A program made the position numbers and the translations under genes. From the NCBI GenBank assembly GCA_038230375.1, contig JBBRNJ010000046.1, forward strand, positions 1 through 64,000: DNA of 64,000 nucleotides, written 5' to 3'. This stretch comes from Polyangiales bacterium (GTDB lineage Bacteria > Myxococcota_A > Polyangia > Polyangiales > Polyangiaceae). Position 1 is the first letter of the stretch. Each line of letters opens with the position of its first letter. Of the stretch, positions 1 to 9,739 are shown one piece after another. The notes under the pieces are model-generated. The model did no database searches and was not told where the DNA came from. It saw only the letters and a list, made by a program, of their open reading frames with translations.

Positions 1-1932
1 ATGACCACGGACCCGCGCGGCATCATCACGGACGTGAACAAGCAGACGGAAGCGCTGACCGGCTGCACCCGTGATGAGCTCATTGGCGCGCCCTTCAAGA
101 ACTACTTCACCGACGCGAATCGCGCCGAGGCGGCCATCAACCGCGTCCTCAACGAAGGCAAGGTCAAGAACTACGAGCTGACCGCGCGCGCCAGGGACGG
201 CACGCTGACGGTCGTCTCCTACAACGCGACGACGTTCCACGATCGCGACCGCAGACTACAGGGCGTGTTCGCCGCCGCGCGCGACATGACCGAGCTGAAG
301 CGCATCGAGGAGACACTGCAACAGAAGAACGCCGAGCTCGAGACAGCGAGCCGCATGAAGTCGGAGTTCCTTGCGAACATGTCGCACGAGCTCCGCACGC
401 CGCTGAACGCCATCATCGGCTTCTCGGAGGTGCTGAAGGACGGCCTGCTGGGCGAGATGACCGAGCAGCAGCGCGGCTTCATTGGCGACATCTTCAACAG
501 CGGGAGTCATCTGCTCTCGCTCATCAACGACATCCTCGACCTGTCCAAGGTGGAGGCCGGCAAGATGACGCTCGACATCGAGCCCGTGAACGTCACGTCG
601 CTCCTCTCGAACAGCTTGTCGATCATCCGCGAGAAGGCGGCGACCCGGAGCATCCGGCTCGTCCTGGACTCGTCGCTCGACTTCGGGACGATCCACGCGG
701 ACGCGCGAAAGGTGAAGCAGATCGTCTACAACCTGCTGTCGAACGCGGTGAAGTTCACCCACGACGAAGGTGAAGTGGCCCTGCATGCACGCCGCGTCTC
801 GAGGGACGCCGTTGGCCTGCTCAAGGACCCCAGCAACGGACGCTCTCTTCCGTTCGTGGACACCCAACACGAGAACTTCCTCGAGATCACCGTGACCGAC
901 GACGGGATGGGCATCTCGAGGGAGGGCCTGGCGCACCTGTTTCATCCCTTCAGCCAGATCGACAGCGGGCTGGCGCGAAACTTCCAGGGAACGGGGCTGG
1001 GACTGGCGATGGTGAAGCTGCTGGTGGAGCTGCATGGCGGCGCCGTGGCTGTCGAGAGCGCGCTGGACCATGGCTCGCGCTTCACTGTGTGGCTGCCGCT
1101 GCGATCGCCGTCGGGGCCCGAGGCGCTGGTTCCACCAAGAGCCGCAGCGACGCCACGGCCCAATGCCAGGGCGGGCGCTCCGATTGCCCTCGTGATCGAA
1201 GACGACGCCAGGTCCGCGGATCTCGTTCGCGTGCAGCTCGAAGCGCAGGGCTTCACGGTCCTCCACGCTGCCTCCGCCGAGGTTGCGCTCACGCTCGCCG
1301 CCGCAGAGCCCATCTCGCTCATCACGCTGGACATCATGCTTCCAAACATGGATGGCTGGCAGTTCCTGGCGCGCATCAAGGCCTCCCCAGTGCTGTGCAA
1401 CATTCCGGTCGTGATCATCTCGATCGTCGCGGACCGCAACAAGGGCCTCGGGCTGGGGGCGGTCGCCGTGATGCAAAAGCCATTGTCGAGGCAGGACCTC
1501 TACGGTGCGATCGCCGAGCTTGGTCTCTTTCCTTCACCTGACGGCGCGAAGCCCAACGTGCTGGTGGTGGACGACGAACCGGCGGCGGTCGATCTGGTCA
1601 CGGCCCGCATCGCGGGTTTCGCCGGAACCATTCACCGCGCCAGCGGGGGCCTGGAAGCCATCGAGATCGCGCGGAAGGAGCTGCCGGACCTGATCGTGCT
1701 CGACCTGATGATGCCCGGCGTGGACGGATTCGAGGTGGTGAAGGCGCTGCAAGAATCCCCGGAGACGGCGCGCATTCCCATCGTGGTGGTGACAGCCAAG
1801 GAGATCACCCCCGCAGACGCTGCCAGGCTCGGAGGCATGGTGTCCGGCATCGTCGGCAAGCCGGGACTCGAGCCGCGACGGTTCACGGCGGAGATACACA
1901 AAGCGCTCGCCGCGCGCGAGGAGGTCGCCTGA
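1..1932 (+). CDS. PAS-domain hybrid sensor histidine kinase with two receiver domains (probably 5'-truncated by the window)
   Basis: PAS-like N-terminus; H-box EFLANMSHELRTPLNAIIGFS; N-box NLLSNAVKFT; DDGMG and GTGLGL G-boxes; two REC domains (IEDD..LDIMLP, VVDD..LDLMMP). Confidence 0.95.
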   Translation: MTTDPRGIITDVNKQTEALTGCTRDELIGAPFKNYFTDANRAEAAINRVLNEGKVKNYELTARARDGTLTVVSYNATTFHDRDRRLQGVFAAARDMTELKRIEETLQQKNAELETASRMKSEFLANMSHELRTPLNAIIGFSEVLKDGLLGEMTEQQRGFIGDIFNSGSHLLSLINDILDLSKVEAGKMTLDIEPVNVTSLLSNSLSIIREKAATRSIRLVLDSSLDFGTIHADARKVKQIVYNLLSNAVKFTHDEGEVALHARRVSRDAVGLLKDPSNGRSLPFVDTQHENFLEITVTDDGMGISREGLAHLFHPFSQIDSGLARNFQGTGLGLAMVKLLVELHGGAVAVESALDHGSRFTVWLPLRSPSGPEALVPPRAAATPRPNARAGAPIALVIEDDARSADLVRVQLEAQGFTVLHAASAEVALTLAAAEPISLITLDIMLPNMDGWQFLARIKASPVLCNIPVVIISIVADRNKGLGLGAVAVMQKPLSRQDLYGAIAELGLFPSPDGAKPNVLVVDDEPAAVDLVTARIAGFAGTIHRASGGLEAIEIARKELPDLIVLDLMMPGVDGFEVVKALQESPETARIPIVVVTAKEITPADAARLGGMVSGIVGKPGLEPRRFTAEIHKALAAREEVA

Positions 1933-1933
1933 C

Positions 1934-2302
1934 ATGGCGACCATTCTGATCGTGGAAGACAACGCGGCAAACATGAAGCTCGCTGCGTTCCTGCTGAAGG
2001 CGGCGGGCCACACCGTGCTCAACGCGTTCGACGCCGAGAGCGGATTGACGATCGCGCGGGAGCAGCTCCCGGCCCTCATCCTGATGGACATCCAGCTCCC
2101 CGGGATGGACGGCATAGAGGCGATCTCGATCCTCAAGAGGGACGAGTCGACCCGCGCGATTCCCGTGATCGCGCTCACGGCGCTCGCCATGAAGGGTGAT
2201 CAGGAGCGCATCGAGGCCGCCGGCTGCGATGGCTATATCGCCAAGCCCATGCGGTACCGGGAGTTCCTTGCGACCGTCGAAGCCAAGCTGCCACGAACGT
2301 GA
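1934..2302 (+). CDS. Single-domain response regulator (DivK/CheY-like)
   Basis: IVEDN, LMDIQLP, ALTA and AKP receiver motifs; 1 bp after the kinase stop. Confidence 0.93.
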   Translation: MATILIVEDNAANMKLAAFLLKAAGHTVLNAFDAESGLTIAREQLPALILMDIQLPGMDGIEAISILKRDESTRAIPVIALTALAMKGDQERIEAAGCDGYIAKPMRYREFLATVEAKLPRT

Positions 2303-2721
2303 AGCCGATTCCCCAGATCGGTGGCGGACGGGTGCGCGTGCTCATCGTGGATGACGAGCCCGACAACCGTGAGCTGGTGGAGGTCATCCTGAACTGGCTC
2401 GGCTTTGTCGTGGAGTTGGCGCCTGGTGGCAAGGAGGCGCTCGCGATGATCGCAAAGCAACGCCCGCACCTGATCCTCCTGGACGTCATGATGCCGGGCA
2501 TGGATGGCTACCAGGTGACGACCGCGATACGGGCCGACCCCAACACGAAGGACATCCCCGTGATGCTGGTCACCGCGCTCTCGCTCCATGGCGCCGCGGG
2601 GGCGCGCGCGCGGAGCGTCGGGGCGGAGGAGGTCCTGATAAAGCCGTTCGATCGCGACGAGCTCACGTCGCGCGTGAAGAACCTGCTCCGGAAGATCTAC
2701 CCCGACTACTGCGAGATCTGA
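2299..2721 (+). CDS. Single-domain response regulator
   Basis: IVDDE, LLDVMMP, VTA and IKPF motifs; GTGA start/stop overlap with the previous gene. Confidence 0.9.
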   Translation: MKPIPQIGGGRVRVLIVDDEPDNRELVEVILNWLGFVVELAPGGKEALAMIAKQRPHLILLDVMMPGMDGYQVTTAIRADPNTKDIPVMLVTALSLHGAAGARARSVGAEEVLIKPFDRDELTSRVKNLLRKIYPDYCEI

Positions 2722-2842
2722 CCTCGCTCGCACGTAGAGCGGCGGTGGCGAGATCGGTCCGAAAACTGTCGAATTCGCCCGCAGCCCCGAGCATCGTTCG
2801 GCGCCAAGATCCCCTCTGGCTCGAAGCTCGAAGGAGGCGCCG

Positions 2843-3508
2843 ATGGTCCTGTATTTCTCACCGCTGTCATGTTCATTCGCCGTGCGTGTGGTCGCCATGG
2901 AGGCAGGGGTCGCGCTCGACCTCCAGGAGGTGGATGTCTTCTCCAAGGCATTGCCCGGTGCTGGCGGTTCGTACCTGGACGTTTCCCGGATCGGGCTCGT
3001 GCCGCTGCTCCGGCTGGATGACGGCACGTTGCTGTCGGAGGTGCTCGCCATCTCGACGTGGCTCGCGGAGCAAGGGCCTGGCAGCGGGCTCTTGCCGGCG
3101 CAGGGCACCCCGGAGCGCTATCAGGTGCTGTCGTGGCACAGCTTCATCGCATGCGAGCTGCACAAGAGGATCCTCTGGCCCATCGCGAACCCCGGGCCCC
3201 CGCCCGCCGCGAAGGACTACGCGAAGAGCGCGGCGGCGCCCGTGCTCGATCATCTCGCGCGACATCTGGACGGACGCGAGCACCTGGCAGGAGCGACCTT
3301 CACGATCGCAGACGCATACCTGACGTGGGCGCTCACACTCGCGCCGATCCTGGGCCTGCCACTGGGCGAGCGCCCTGCGCTCCATGTCTACGCGAAGCGA
3401 ATGCAAGCGCGACCGAGCGTGAGCTCGACGTTTGCGCAGGAGGTCCCGCTGGCGCGCGCTGCGATGAAGCGGCAAGGGGTTAATTCCGCGCGCGACGCCC
3501 CCGTTTGA
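2843..3508 (+). CDS. Glutathione S-transferase family protein
   Basis: LYFSPLSCS N-terminus, VPLL..DDG..LSE, FTIADAYL; GGAGG RBS upstream. Confidence 0.9.
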   Translation: MVLYFSPLSCSFAVRVVAMEAGVALDLQEVDVFSKALPGAGGSYLDVSRIGLVPLLRLDDGTLLSEVLAISTWLAEQGPGSGLLPAQGTPERYQVLSWHSFIACELHKRILWPIANPGPPPAAKDYAKSAAAPVLDHLARHLDGREHLAGATFTIADAYLTWALTLAPILGLPLGERPALHVYAKRMQARPSVSSTFAQEVPLARAAMKRQGVNSARDAPV

Positions 3509-3579
3509 TCGTCGATGAAGCTTCTCGTCTCTGCCCGCCTGAGCGCGGTGATGGCGTGGCTCGCGAAGCACGGCAGCTG

Positions 3580-4788
3580 ATGTCGAGGCTCGACGCTGTC
3601 TTGGTGGCCACGTTGCTGTCCATCGCTGCGGGTGCGTGCACAATGACGGATCCCGAGGCACCCCATCCGAGTGCTCCACACACGCAGCTGGATCCCGCGG
3701 ATCCGGTCGCCGTGATGAACCTGGTGAACGAGCGCTTCATGGCCGAGTGGCCATCCCCCGGCGCGGAGATAGGCGTGAAGAAGCGCGAACCAAGCAACAC
3801 GTGGACGCGCGCCGTCTACATCGAGGGCTTGCTCGCGCTCCAGGACATCACGGGCGACCAGCGTCTTCAGGACTACGCGCTCTCGTGGGGCGAGAGCCAC
3901 GCGTGGGGACTCCACGGCGGGCAGAGCACGCGCCTCGCGGACGACCAGTGCGCGGGCCAGGCGTACCTCGAGCTGCACGCGCGCGCGCCCAACGTGGCTC
4001 GCATCGACGCCGTCGCGGCGAACGTGGACGCGATGGTGAGTAGCGCAGCGGTCGACGACTGGACGTGGATCGACGCGATCCAGATGGCGATGCCGGTCTT
4101 CGCGCGGCTGGGTGTCCTCACGAACAGCCCGCAGACGCTCGAGAAGATGAATGCATTATACACGTACACGCGCGACGCAGCCGGGGGCGTGGGTCTCTAC
4201 GATCGAGGACAGCACCTCTGGTTTCGCGACGCGACCTTCTTGCCACCACACGCCGCGCCGAACGGTGAGGGCTGCTTCTGGTCGCGTGGCAACGGCTGGG
4301 TGTATGCCGGCCTTGCGCGGGTGCTCACGTTTCTTCCGCCCGGGACCCCGCACAGGAGCGAGTACCAGTCCGATTTCGTCGCCATGTCCGAGGCGCTGCT
4401 GCGCGCGCGGCGGGCCGACGGCTTCTGGAACCCGAGCCTGCGCGACCCGACGCAGTTCGGCGGAAAGGAGCTGACTGGCACTTCACTCATTGTCTATGGA
4501 ATGGCGTGGGGAGTCCGGCACGGCCTCCTGTCACGCGCGCTCTATGAGCCAGCGGTGCGAGCCTCGTGGCGCGCCATGGTGAAGGACGCCGTGCATGCGG
4601 ATGGCGTGCTCGGGTTTGTCCAGGGCACGGCGACCGGGCCGTCGGACGGGCAACCGGTCGCCTACGACGAAAGGCCGAACTACGACGACTTCGGCGTGGG
4701 CTGCTTCCTGCTCGCGGGCAGCGAGATCATGAACCTGCAGGCGGGATCTTCCCAGACCAGCCCAGGACCCGATACCGTGGGAAGGTGA
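3580..4788 (+). CDS. Glycoside hydrolase family 105/88 (unsaturated rhamnogalacturonyl hydrolase-like) lipoprotein
   Basis: ADDQCAGQ, WTWIDAIQM, FWSRGNGW, DFGVGCFLLAGSE motifs; lipobox-like AGAC; start chosen at ATG 3580 (the track starts at 3505). Confidence 0.85.
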   Translation: MSRLDAVLVATLLSIAAGACTMTDPEAPHPSAPHTQLDPADPVAVMNLVNERFMAEWPSPGAEIGVKKREPSNTWTRAVYIEGLLALQDITGDQRLQDYALSWGESHAWGLHGGQSTRLADDQCAGQAYLELHARAPNVARIDAVAANVDAMVSSAAVDDWTWIDAIQMAMPVFARLGVLTNSPQTLEKMNALYTYTRDAAGGVGLYDRGQHLWFRDATFLPPHAAPNGEGCFWSRGNGWVYAGLARVLTFLPPGTPHRSEYQSDFVAMSEALLRARRADGFWNPSLRDPTQFGGKELTGTSLIVYGMAWGVRHGLLSRALYEPAVRASWRAMVKDAVHADGVLGFVQGTATGPSDGQPVAYDERPNYDDFGVGCFLLAGSEIMNLQAGSSQTSPGPDTVGR

Positions 4789-6725
4789 GCTTCTTCTTCG
4801 GTGACTCCACACCCGCGACCTTCGAAGGAAACTTCCTCGAGGGCCTGCGCGACGCCACCGCGTTCGCCGTGCAGATCGCGGAGGCGGACGAGAAGATCGT
4901 CACGGTGGAGGCGCGCAAGGCGGAGCACGCTGCCGCCGCCGAGGCCGATTCGCGCCGCCTCGAGGCGCTGCAGCGCGCGGTGCTCGCCGTGGTCGCGGGC
5001 GCGGAGAAGGGCAAGGTCACGTCACAGACCGCGCGCTTCGCCGCGGAGCTCGCGGGTGTCGCGACGGAGCGCCACCATGCCGCGGGCGAGGCCGTGCGCG
5101 CAAAGCTCTCCGCGGATCTCCACGCGGTGGACGACGCCGTGGTCGCCGCGCGCCAGAAATACGCGGTGGCGCTCGAGGGCTACCTTCGCCTCGTGGAGCC
5201 GCCTGGATGCGAACGCGAGATCAAGCTTGCTCTCGCTTTGAACGAAGAGACGGACGAGGAGCACTACAGCGCGGACGTGTCGGGCCGTTCGTCACTCGGG
5301 CTTTCATGGCATCTGGAGCTCGCGATCCCGGAGGGCTCGCCGTGGGCAACGGCGCTGCGCGTGGACCTGCTTGCGCCTTCGCTCGCGATGAATGCGCCGC
5401 AGAAGACCGGCATCATCAAGAAGGAGGTGAAGCGGAAGCGGCAGAAGCTCCATCGCTGGGTGGTGACGCGCGCCACCGACCTTGGCCCGCGCATGCTGCT
5501 CTCGCTCCGGCCCGACCTGGACGAGGAGGCGGGCTACGATCTGTCGGTCGATCCTGCTGCCGGCACGGTCACCGCCGTGCGCGTGGCCGCGAAGGATGAT
5601 CCGTCGGCGGGTCCGTTCCCGGTGGACGCGGAGGACGTGCCCCCGCTGGTCGCGTTTGCGACGAAGGTACGCGACGCGGCGCGCGGGCTTCCCCGGAGCA
5701 AGCTGGTGAGCGCGACGCTCGACGACCAGCCGTTCGACGGAACGAACACGGAGGCGCAGCCGCTGCTCGTGCAGCTGGTCTCGCGCTTGATCGAGGCGCT
5801 CGCGCCGACGGTGGCGGAGGTCGCCGCACGATCGCTCGCCGATGACGAGCTCATCTTGCGCCACACGCGCGAGGATGGGCAGCGCGAAGAGATCTTCATG
5901 CCCAAGGCCATGCTGCGCGACAAGATCGCAACGCTCGACGCCGCGCACCGCGCGATGTTCTCACCGCTCGGTCTCGAGCCGCGTCTGCCCTCCATGCGCC
6001 CGCCGGCGATCGAGGCTCCCGTCGCCGCGGCGAACGTGGCGCGCAGCTCGGGGACGCACCGCGCGGTGGACGGAACGCTCGCGGCAAAGGCCGCTCTGCT
6101 CCCGCCCATGCGACCCATGGTTCGTTCCCAGTTGCCGCCCCCCACCATGCCTCCGCCGCCACCGCCGGACGTCCGCAACGCGTCGCGCCTGCCGGCAGTG
6201 CCGTCGCGCGTGCCGGCAGCGCTGCCGACGAAGGTGCCGATGCGCCCGCCGGTGCGCACGGAGCCGCTCATGCTCACGACGCGCGCCAAGAAGCGTGCAT
6301 CCACCGTGCCGCCGCGCAACGCGGAGCTGGTCACCACGCTCAAGGAGATCCGCGCGATGGCCAAGGATGGTCGCGTTGCCGAGAGCTACCGCCAGCTGGG
6401 GATGCTGATTGGAACGGCTGCATTTGCAGCGTGCCGCGCGGATGACCGGCGGCGCGCGCTGCGCCTGCTCGTGTTCGCAAAGCCGCAATCGACCGCGCAG
6501 GAGGATCGCGCGAAGGCACACAATGCAGCCGTGCCTGCGCTACAGCTCCTGGTCGTGGAGCATCATGACCCTGCCGACTACGAGATGCTCGGCATGGCGT
6601 ATGTGGTGCTCGGCGAGCCGGAGAAGGCGACGGAGATCTTCAAGAGGGCGCTGAAGCTCGAACGAAGCAAGAACCCCGGCTCGGACCTATGCGGCAACCT
6701 GATGCGCCGCGTGAGCGCCCTCTAG
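4785..6725 (+). CDS. Hypothetical protein with helical N-terminus, Pro-rich linker and C-terminal TPR-like region
   Basis: GTG 4785 overlaps the upstream TGA; C-terminal YEMLGMAYVVLGEPEKATEIFKRAL is TPR-like. Confidence 0.7.
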   Translation: MSFFFGDSTPATFEGNFLEGLRDATAFAVQIAEADEKIVTVEARKAEHAAAAEADSRRLEALQRAVLAVVAGAEKGKVTSQTARFAAELAGVATERHHAAGEAVRAKLSADLHAVDDAVVAARQKYAVALEGYLRLVEPPGCEREIKLALALNEETDEEHYSADVSGRSSLGLSWHLELAIPEGSPWATALRVDLLAPSLAMNAPQKTGIIKKEVKRKRQKLHRWVVTRATDLGPRMLLSLRPDLDEEAGYDLSVDPAAGTVTAVRVAAKDDPSAGPFPVDAEDVPPLVAFATKVRDAARGLPRSKLVSATLDDQPFDGTNTEAQPLLVQLVSRLIEALAPTVAEVAARSLADDELILRHTREDGQREEIFMPKAMLRDKIATLDAAHRAMFSPLGLEPRLPSMRPPAIEAPVAAANVARSSGTHRAVDGTLAAKAALLPPMRPMVRSQLPPPTMPPPPPPDVRNASRLPAVPSRVPAALPTKVPMRPPVRTEPLMLTTRAKKRASTVPPRNAELVTTLKEIRAMAKDGRVAESYRQLGMLIGTAAFAACRADDRRRALRLLVFAKPQSTAQEDRAKAHNAAVPALQLLVVEHHDPADYEMLGMAYVVLGEPEKATEIFKRALKLERSKNPGSDLCGNLMRRVSAL

Positions 6726-6729
6726 TCAC

Positions 6730-7686
6730 TCACGGGCCGGTCCAGGCGTCGAATCCGTTGGTGGAGGCGTCGTTCGAGGTCGTCGTTGCGTCGGTGGTGC
6801 CAGCGTCGCTCGGCGGGGTGCCAGCGTCGCTCGGCGGGATGCTTGCGTCAGCGCTCGCGCCCGCATCGCTACCGCTGTCCGTCCGCGCTGCATCGGCCAC
6901 GCTTGCGTCGGCTGCGCCGGCGTCGCTCTTGGGTCCAGCTGCGCAGGTGGCGGTGGAGATCGCGTTGGTGTCCATCGTGACGGCGCCGTTGCGCGCGAGG
7001 ACGCGGCCCGAGACCTTCGCGCCCGTGGCCACGCTGATACTGGTGAGCGCGAGGACGCTGCCGGCGAAGTCGGTGCCGGTGCCGAGCACTGCGGAGCTTC
7101 CGATTTGCCAGAACACTGCGCAGTCGTTGCCGCCGTTGATGACGTGCACCGAGGCGTTGCTCGCCGTGGTGAGGGTGCTGGCCGTCTTGAACACGAAGAC
7201 CGCGTCCGCGTTGCCTTGCGCGTCGAGCACGAGCGCTCCCGTCAGCTGCGCCGACGACGAGAAGCAATAGACGCCCGGAACCAGCGTGAGGCCGCCAAGA
7301 TCCTTGCCCGTGAGGTCCACGCTGCACGCCTCGCCAGCGAGGACGCCGTAGGCCGCAGTGACGTCGCTCTGTGCCTGAAGCGCGACCGCATCACCTGCGT
7401 GGACGGCTCCGTTGACGACGATCCCGGGCGGGAAGCCCGTGATGGCGAGGCCCGGATTGACGCCCAGGTTGCCTCCAATGACGGTGGCGCCGATGTTGGT
7501 GACCGTGGTGCCGCCGAGGACCGTGAAGCTTGCCGCGGTGCCCAGCGGCGGCGCGACTCCCAGCGACGACTGCGTCGACTCCGCGTTCTCCGACTTCGTG
7601 CTTGCGCACGCGGACGCTACGAGGGCGGCAAGCGCCGGGAGAGCGAATGCGCGAAGCTGATTCTGGAATGCACTACGGGAAGTCAT
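6730..7686 (-). CDS. DUF3494 ice-binding-like lipoprotein
   Basis: LGTAASFTVLGG, DLGGLTLVPGVY, FVFK...LTTAS, FWQIGSSA, GRVLARNGAVT; lipobox VASAC; DAG-rich tail. Confidence 0.9.
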   Translation of the reverse strand: MTSRSAFQNQLRAFALPALAALVASACASTKSENAESTQSSLGVAPPLGTAASFTVLGGTTVTNIGATVIGGNLGVNPGLAITGFPPGIVVNGAVHAGDAVALQAQSDVTAAYGVLAGEACSVDLTGKDLGGLTLVPGVYCFSSSAQLTGALVLDAQGNADAVFVFKTASTLTTASNASVHVINGGNDCAVFWQIGSSAVLGTGTDFAGSVLALTSISVATGAKVSGRVLARNGAVTMDTNAISTATCAAGPKSDAGAADASVADAARTDSGSDAGASADASIPPSDAGTPPSDAGTTDATTTSNDASTNGFDAWTGP

Positions 7687-7721
7687 GGGCTGCCTTTGTG
7701 TGGAGTCTTCGGCACCACACG

Positions 7722-7737
7722 TGCACGAGCCGAGCCA
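7722..7737 (-). promoter_or_regulatory. Possible sigma54 -24/-12 promoter of the DUF3494 gene
   Basis: Minus strand reads TGGCTCGGCTCGTGCA (GG-N10-GC), about 36 bp upstream of ATG 7686. Confidence 0.35.
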
Positions 7738-7840
7738 TGCGAAAATGCAGGGGAAATGGGCCCTCACGCGTGGCTGCGCGAGCGCGACCGCCGCAACTCG
7801 TTTCACGCAACCGCCTCACCGGGGCGGATTGGCGCGTGCG

Positions 7841-8422
7841 TCAGGTCTCGACGGACACGGTGAAGAGCCCACCGATCTTGCCGCTGGGCAAGGTGCCGAT
7901 GACGTAGACGGAGATCGCGCCGACCAGGTAGTTGCCGCTTCCGCTCTTGCGACCCACGCGAATGACGATCGGGTTCTTGAGGTGGCTGCGCACGGCGTTC
8001 AGCACCTTGGTCATCTGCTGGTGATAGGTGAAGTTGTCCGGGTCCTCGCCAGCGACGGCGACGTAACTGGACGCAAACGACTCGAACGCCACCGTCTCCG
8101 ACTTCATCTTGGAGAGCGGCTTGTCCGCCATGGCGTCGTTGTCCGTGACGGCGTTGAACGTGCGATGAACGAACGCGGCGTTCGCAGGCGCGGTGGCAGC
8201 GGTGGAAGAGCCGACCCAGACGAGCAAGTGGTCGCTCTCGGAGAGGAACGAGAGCCCGGTGGCCGCCTTCACGATCGCATTCTTCGCGCGGGTGTCGCTC
8301 GCGGCCGTCACGTCCTCGGAGGTCGTCGATGCACCCTCGGCGTGATCGACCTCGGAGGTCTCGGACGCGCAAGCAGGAGCGAAGACGGACAGGACGAAGA
8401 GCAAGGGAAGCGCGGATCTCAT
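7841..8422 (-). CDS. Nuclease A inhibitor (NuiA)-like lipoprotein
   Basis: GLSFLSESD motif, LKNPIVIRVG, and C-terminal VYVIG..PSGKIGGLFTVSVET match NuiA family hallmarks; lipobox FAPAC. Confidence 0.75.
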   Translation of the reverse strand: MRSALPLLFVLSVFAPACASETSEVDHAEGASTTSEDVTAASDTRAKNAIVKAATGLSFLSESDHLLVWVGSSTAATAPANAAFVHRTFNAVTDNDAMADKPLSKMKSETVAFESFASSYVAVAGEDPDNFTYHQQMTKVLNAVRSHLKNPIVIRVGRKSGSGNYLVGAISVYVIGTLPSGKIGGLFTVSVET

Positions 8423-8503
8423 CGTCGGACGGCTTAGCGCAGGATGGCAGTGGCGCAAGGAGAGATCGCGATCGCGCCGTGGTCTCTGACCGCGACCTCA
8501 GCC

Positions 8504-9664
8504 CTAGAGGCCTTTGCAGCAGCGAAAGCCGAGGTGGTAGTTCACATGCAGCGCGGTCTCGATCCTCTCCACGTGCCAGCGCGGGTCGAAGTTGCAGTGG
8601 TCGGGATGCGCGCTGTCCTTGAAGAGCGTGGTGGCGGGGATGGGCTCGTCGGGCTCACGCGCGAGCTCGCGATAGAACCAGGCGCTGCCCTTCAGCTGGC
8701 TCACCTTGGTGCCATCGGTGTCCTTGCGGACCATGATCTCCGCCACGTTGCCGTGCTGATCGAAGACCCCGTAGCGAGAGCGGCACTTAGGGAACGATCC
8801 GGACGGCTCCGTGTCCGTGGTGCACGTGGACCACGTGGTGTTGGCGTCGTGGCTCACGCACCGCGTCCGGTGGGCGCGGTTCGTGTGGCAGACCTCGAGA
8901 TCGAGCCGGTCACCATACGCGTAGCGAGTGTCCTTGCCTCCATCGGGATCGGCACGGCATGCGAGCGACCACTCCTCTTGCATGCAGAGCCGCTTGCCCT
9001 CGAGCCTGCACATGGTGCTCGCGGCCGATGGTGAAACCCACACGAACGGGAGCTCGCACACCCTGTTCGGGAACTCGAAGATATCGATGCAGAATGCAGG
9101 CTTTCTTGCGCCACCATCGCCAGCGTCGGCAGCGGGCGTGCTGGTTCGCTCCGGAGCCCAGACGGGGACCATGTTCGGGGCGCCGCAGATCGCGCGCTGC
9201 TCGGGGGTCTGGAGCACGACGTTCGCAAGACCGGCGAGGCACGCGTCGCGGCTCGTCGTGTGGAGCGACGACGCCTTGTTGCCCTGGTTCATGCGCGTGG
9301 GAGCACCGGCACCCACGAGCGCGTCGAGGATCATGTAGGGCCGAACCTGGATGAGCTCCTTGTCCGTCATCGGGCGGAGCGTGAGCAGCGCAAGCAGGTC
9401 CTCGCGCCGGGTGAAGTGAGTCGCCATCGGATCGCCGACACGGATTGGAGCCGCGTCCGGAATGAAAGCGTCCGCGGCATCATTCATCCACGCGTCGGGC
9501 ACGTCGCCAAGAGCCGCGGCCTCGAAGGCATCCACGGACACATCCACGGAGGACGCGTCCACGGAGAGCGCCGCGCTCGCATCGACCGGCGGGCGACAAG
9601 CGGCGGGCAAGACGAGAGCGAGCCCGATCAGCGAAGCCACCCCCAAGAGCCGACGACGAGTCAC
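8504..9664 (-). CDS. Formylglycine-generating-enzyme (SUMF1/EgtB/PvdO) domain lipoprotein
   Basis: FCIDIFEFPN, GKRLC..EEW, GVFDQHGNVAE, C-terminal GFRCC; lipobox PAAC. Confidence 0.8.
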   Translation of the reverse strand: MTRRRLLGVASLIGLALVLPAACRPPVDASAALSVDASSVDVSVDAFEAAALGDVPDAWMNDAADAFIPDAAPIRVGDPMATHFTRREDLLALLTLRPMTDKELIQVRPYMILDALVGAGAPTRMNQGNKASSLHTTSRDACLAGLANVVLQTPEQRAICGAPNMVPVWAPERTSTPAADAGDGGARKPAFCIDIFEFPNRVCELPFVWVSPSAASTMCRLEGKRLCMQEEWSLACRADPDGGKDTRYAYGDRLDLEVCHTNRAHRTRCVSHDANTTWSTCTTDTEPSGSFPKCRSRYGVFDQHGNVAEIMVRKDTDGTKVSQLKGSAWFYRELAREPDEPIPATTLFKDSAHPDHCNFDPRWHVERIETALHVNYHLGFRCCKGL

Positions 9665-9679
9665 ACACGCTCCCTATCA

Positions 9680-9737
9680 CGACATCGACATCGACGACGA
9701 CGACCTCGACCTCGACCTCGACCTCGGCCTCGACCTT
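9680..9737. repeat. Intergenic hexamer/trimer microsatellite
   Basis: Plus strand: (GACATC)2(GAC)3(GACCTC)4 GGCCTC GACCTT, 2 bp from the stop codon at 9740. Confidence 0.9.
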
Positions 9738-9739
9738 TT

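Noticed and set aside
6796..6838. 21-bp duplication in the DUF3494 tail
   Set aside because: Ordinary low-complexity linker repeat (PPSDAGT)
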